NCBI GenBank assembly: GCA_964016885.1
Contig: OZ024741.1
Span: 141,422,001-141,486,000 of the forward strand
Length of the DNA: 64,000 bases
From: Eledone cirrhosa
Lineage: Eukaryota
Direction of reading: 5' to 3'
The translations under genes were made by a program, and so were the position numbers. Shown here piece by piece: positions 61,055 through 64,000 of this stretch (the stretch's first letter is position 1; each line of letters starts with the position of its first letter). The notes under the pieces are model-generated. The model made no database searches and was not told where the DNA came from. It saw nothing but the letters and a program-made list of their open reading frames with translations.

Positions 61055-61540
61055 CTAGACCTGAAAAATGCGCAAGCTCAAAAGAGACACAGAATGTTAT
61101 AATAAACCTTCAAAAGAGTGGAACTAGAGTTGTTGCTCAAAAATATTGTAATCATTATCTATCATACACTCTGTGGCATCCTTTTATATAAAAAATACTC
61201 ATAATGAACTCAAGACGACACGATAATTGTTTAAGCTAATGTTCAATATCTCATATTAGATGTTTAGTAATGTTTAATGCGAAATGCACTTAAACCGAAT
61301 TCTATATTATAAATTCACTTAAATAAGTATCGTGTCGTCTTGAGTTCGTTATGAGTCTCTTTTTTATAAAAGGATGCCACAGAGTGTACGATAGATAATG
61401 ATTACAGTATTTTTTAGCAACAACTCTAGTCCCACACTTTTGAAGGTTTATTATAACATTCTGTGGCTCTTTTGAGCTTGCGCATTTTTCAGGTCTAGTT
61501 TAATATTTTTTAAGGCAACGCTTGTAATAACTCTAGTTAA
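61055..61540. mobile_element. Fold-back element, about 180-bp arms with an 80-bp spacer
   Basis: 61055-61236 is the reverse complement of 61318-61499. Confidence 0.8.
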
Positions 61541-62186
61541 ACATGATATATATTAATAATAAATTATCGTTGTAATGTAATTAGATTATATAATTGTTAT
61601 TTTATAAATGATCTTAAAAAAATTTAAGTAAGCTTTATAAAAATATTTTCAGACTTTTAATATAAACAACTACAAAAAACAATCAATATTAAATAAATAT
61701 ATTTTAGATAATAATTGCTATAGTTGAATTAATAAAAATTAAATATTACATACAAATAGTCTAACATAATAATAAAAAAAATAATCTAACATAATAATAA
61801 AAAAATAATCTAACATTAAACGAACAATAATATGGACAAATATACAAGTAAATATGATACAACCAATATTATAAGCATGTTATAACGAATTGAAAAAAAA
61901 ATAGTTAATATAAATTTTAAAAAATCATATATAAATTAACAATATAAGATACCAAAACGAGAAATATATTTTGTTGATAAACGACGAAATACAGGAGGAA
62001 GATTCGAAAGCGAAACGATAAATAAACATACAAACAAAGTGACGGATGCTTTTGAGCAACAATTACTCTCATTGGTTGATTAGCCAATAAGACGATACAT
62101 TACAAAAGATGTTTGAAAGGGATCACCACGGCCAGCAAAACCCCTTGATTTTTTTATTCACAAGCTACGCATATATGTTAGATCAG

Positions 62187-62289
62187 ACACGCAGACTTAA
62201 AACATTCTGTTGTTAGTCAGTGCGTGTCTAACAGACAGAACACGCAGACTTAAAACATTCTGTTGTTAGTCACTGCGTGTCTAACAGAT
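62187..62289 (+). repeat. 53-bp direct duplication
   Basis: acacgcagacttaaaacattctgttgttagtca.tgcgtgtctaacaga occurs twice. Confidence 0.85.
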
Positions 62290-62410
62290 ATATATATACA
62301 TATACATATGTAATGTGTGTGTGTGAATGTGTGTCCTAAAAGGCACTCCCAAAATAATGATATATATATATATATATATGTGTGTGTTAATGTGTATGTA
62401 TATATGTATG

Positions 62411-62506
<96 letters not shown>

Positions 62507-63020
62507 TGGGCGTGTGTGTGACCAAAAAAGCTCTCACAAAATAAAGATGTATATATATAAGGTAATTGGGTAAGATTATTCGGATTATAATGATAATACA
62601 TTCATCAAAATCACATAGCCGTGTACAATATGCTTGTAATCTGCTACATCCAAATCGGAAGAAGAAATGCATAAAAGAATTGACTTTCCATTCTCAGATA
62701 TATACTTGCCATCTATATACGGTATATATGTACAGCATCGATTTTCAGATCTATGCAAACCATCTATATCTGATCTATTTTCTGATCTATTCATACCATT
62801 TATGGAAACTATTTATGTCTGAGTTGCCATTGCCAATTGTACAGTGGTAATCTCTTCTGAGGAAGGGTTAAGTTTATTTCGGTTAATACCATTCTATATA
62901 GGAAAACATGGTCTGAGAGGTACTTGTGGTATTATAAAACTGAAGTAATTTCGAATAAAATTGCAATTTCTTATATCATATTAATGAAGTGCGTTTATTT
63001 GTCTCGGGAACCTTACGCTA

Positions 63021-63340
<320 letters not shown>

Positions 63341-63368
63341 TTATATTATATTATATTATATCATTATA

Positions 63369-63565
63369 GGGCGGTGGATTGGCAGAATCGTTAGAGAATC
63401 GGACACCATGCTTTGAAGCATAGAGTTACGTCCCTTTATGATCTGAGTTCAAATCCCGCCGAGGTTAACTTTGCCTTTCATCCTTACGGGGTCGATAAAA
63501 TAAAGTACCAGTAATACACTGGTGTAATTGCTGGCCTTGTGCCTAACGTAGAAACAATTATATTA
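63369..63565 (+). mobile_element. Full-length tRNA-derived SINE family 1
   Basis: A box tggcagaatcg, B box gagttcaaatc, central gcctttcatccttacggggtcgataaaataaagtaccag, (attat)-like tail. Confidence 0.85.
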
Positions 63566-63816
63566 CATATTATATGAAGGTATACGGTCAGTTAGGGCAC
63601 TGTTGAAACATTTGTAATGGAAAATTTCCGAATAAATTGTTATAAAATCCCATTATGCATACCTATTCTCCACTATATATACATATATATATATATATAT
63701 ATACGATATTAACAAATGGAAACTATATTTATAAAACCATATCTATTTTATTATACATATTTCAAGGATACCATGTATTGCTTGTTGTATCCCAACAATT
63801 TAAATAGAACTTTTGC

Positions 63817-63848
<32 letters not shown>

Positions 63849-64000
63849 TCTGAATGCAAGTTTATCAAAATATACATATCACTCACGCACATACACATAA
63901 CCATATACATATGAAATTAGAAATGTCTGCTTAAGATCACTGTCATTTTTCTAAACATGAAACTTTTTTTATTTTCTAATATAGCAGTATTGAGTACTCA

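Noticed and set aside
63369-63460. tRNA gene
   Set aside because: A and B boxes are present, but there is no cloverleaf and it continues into a multi-copy SINE body.

Overview
AT-rich, microsatellite-dense eukaryotic DNA. The SINE families look like those of octopus (inference). I found no host exon; most listed ORFs are translations of (TA)n/(TG)n tracts. The window is dominated by Penelope-like retroelements (PLEs: reverse transcriptase plus GIY-YIG endonuclease) from at least three distinct RT lineages, nearly all sitting in (TA)n tracts. Many short non-coding fold-back relatives share their layout: two outward-facing 3' ends, only one carrying an extra tail. More than a dozen distinct type I hammerhead ribozyme (HHR) motifs can be read directly from the sequence. 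Two tandem arrays carry one HHR per unit (about 610 bp x6 at 49.2-53.0 kb, and 215 bp x3 at 57.6-58.2 kb), with two related partial-tandem loci; these are candidate retrozyme / circular-RNA loci. Fragments of CR1/L2-like, RTE, R4/Dong-like and Tx1/L1-like LINEs and three tRNA-like SINE families are also present. All coordinates and RNA pairings were read by eye; nothing was computed or searched.
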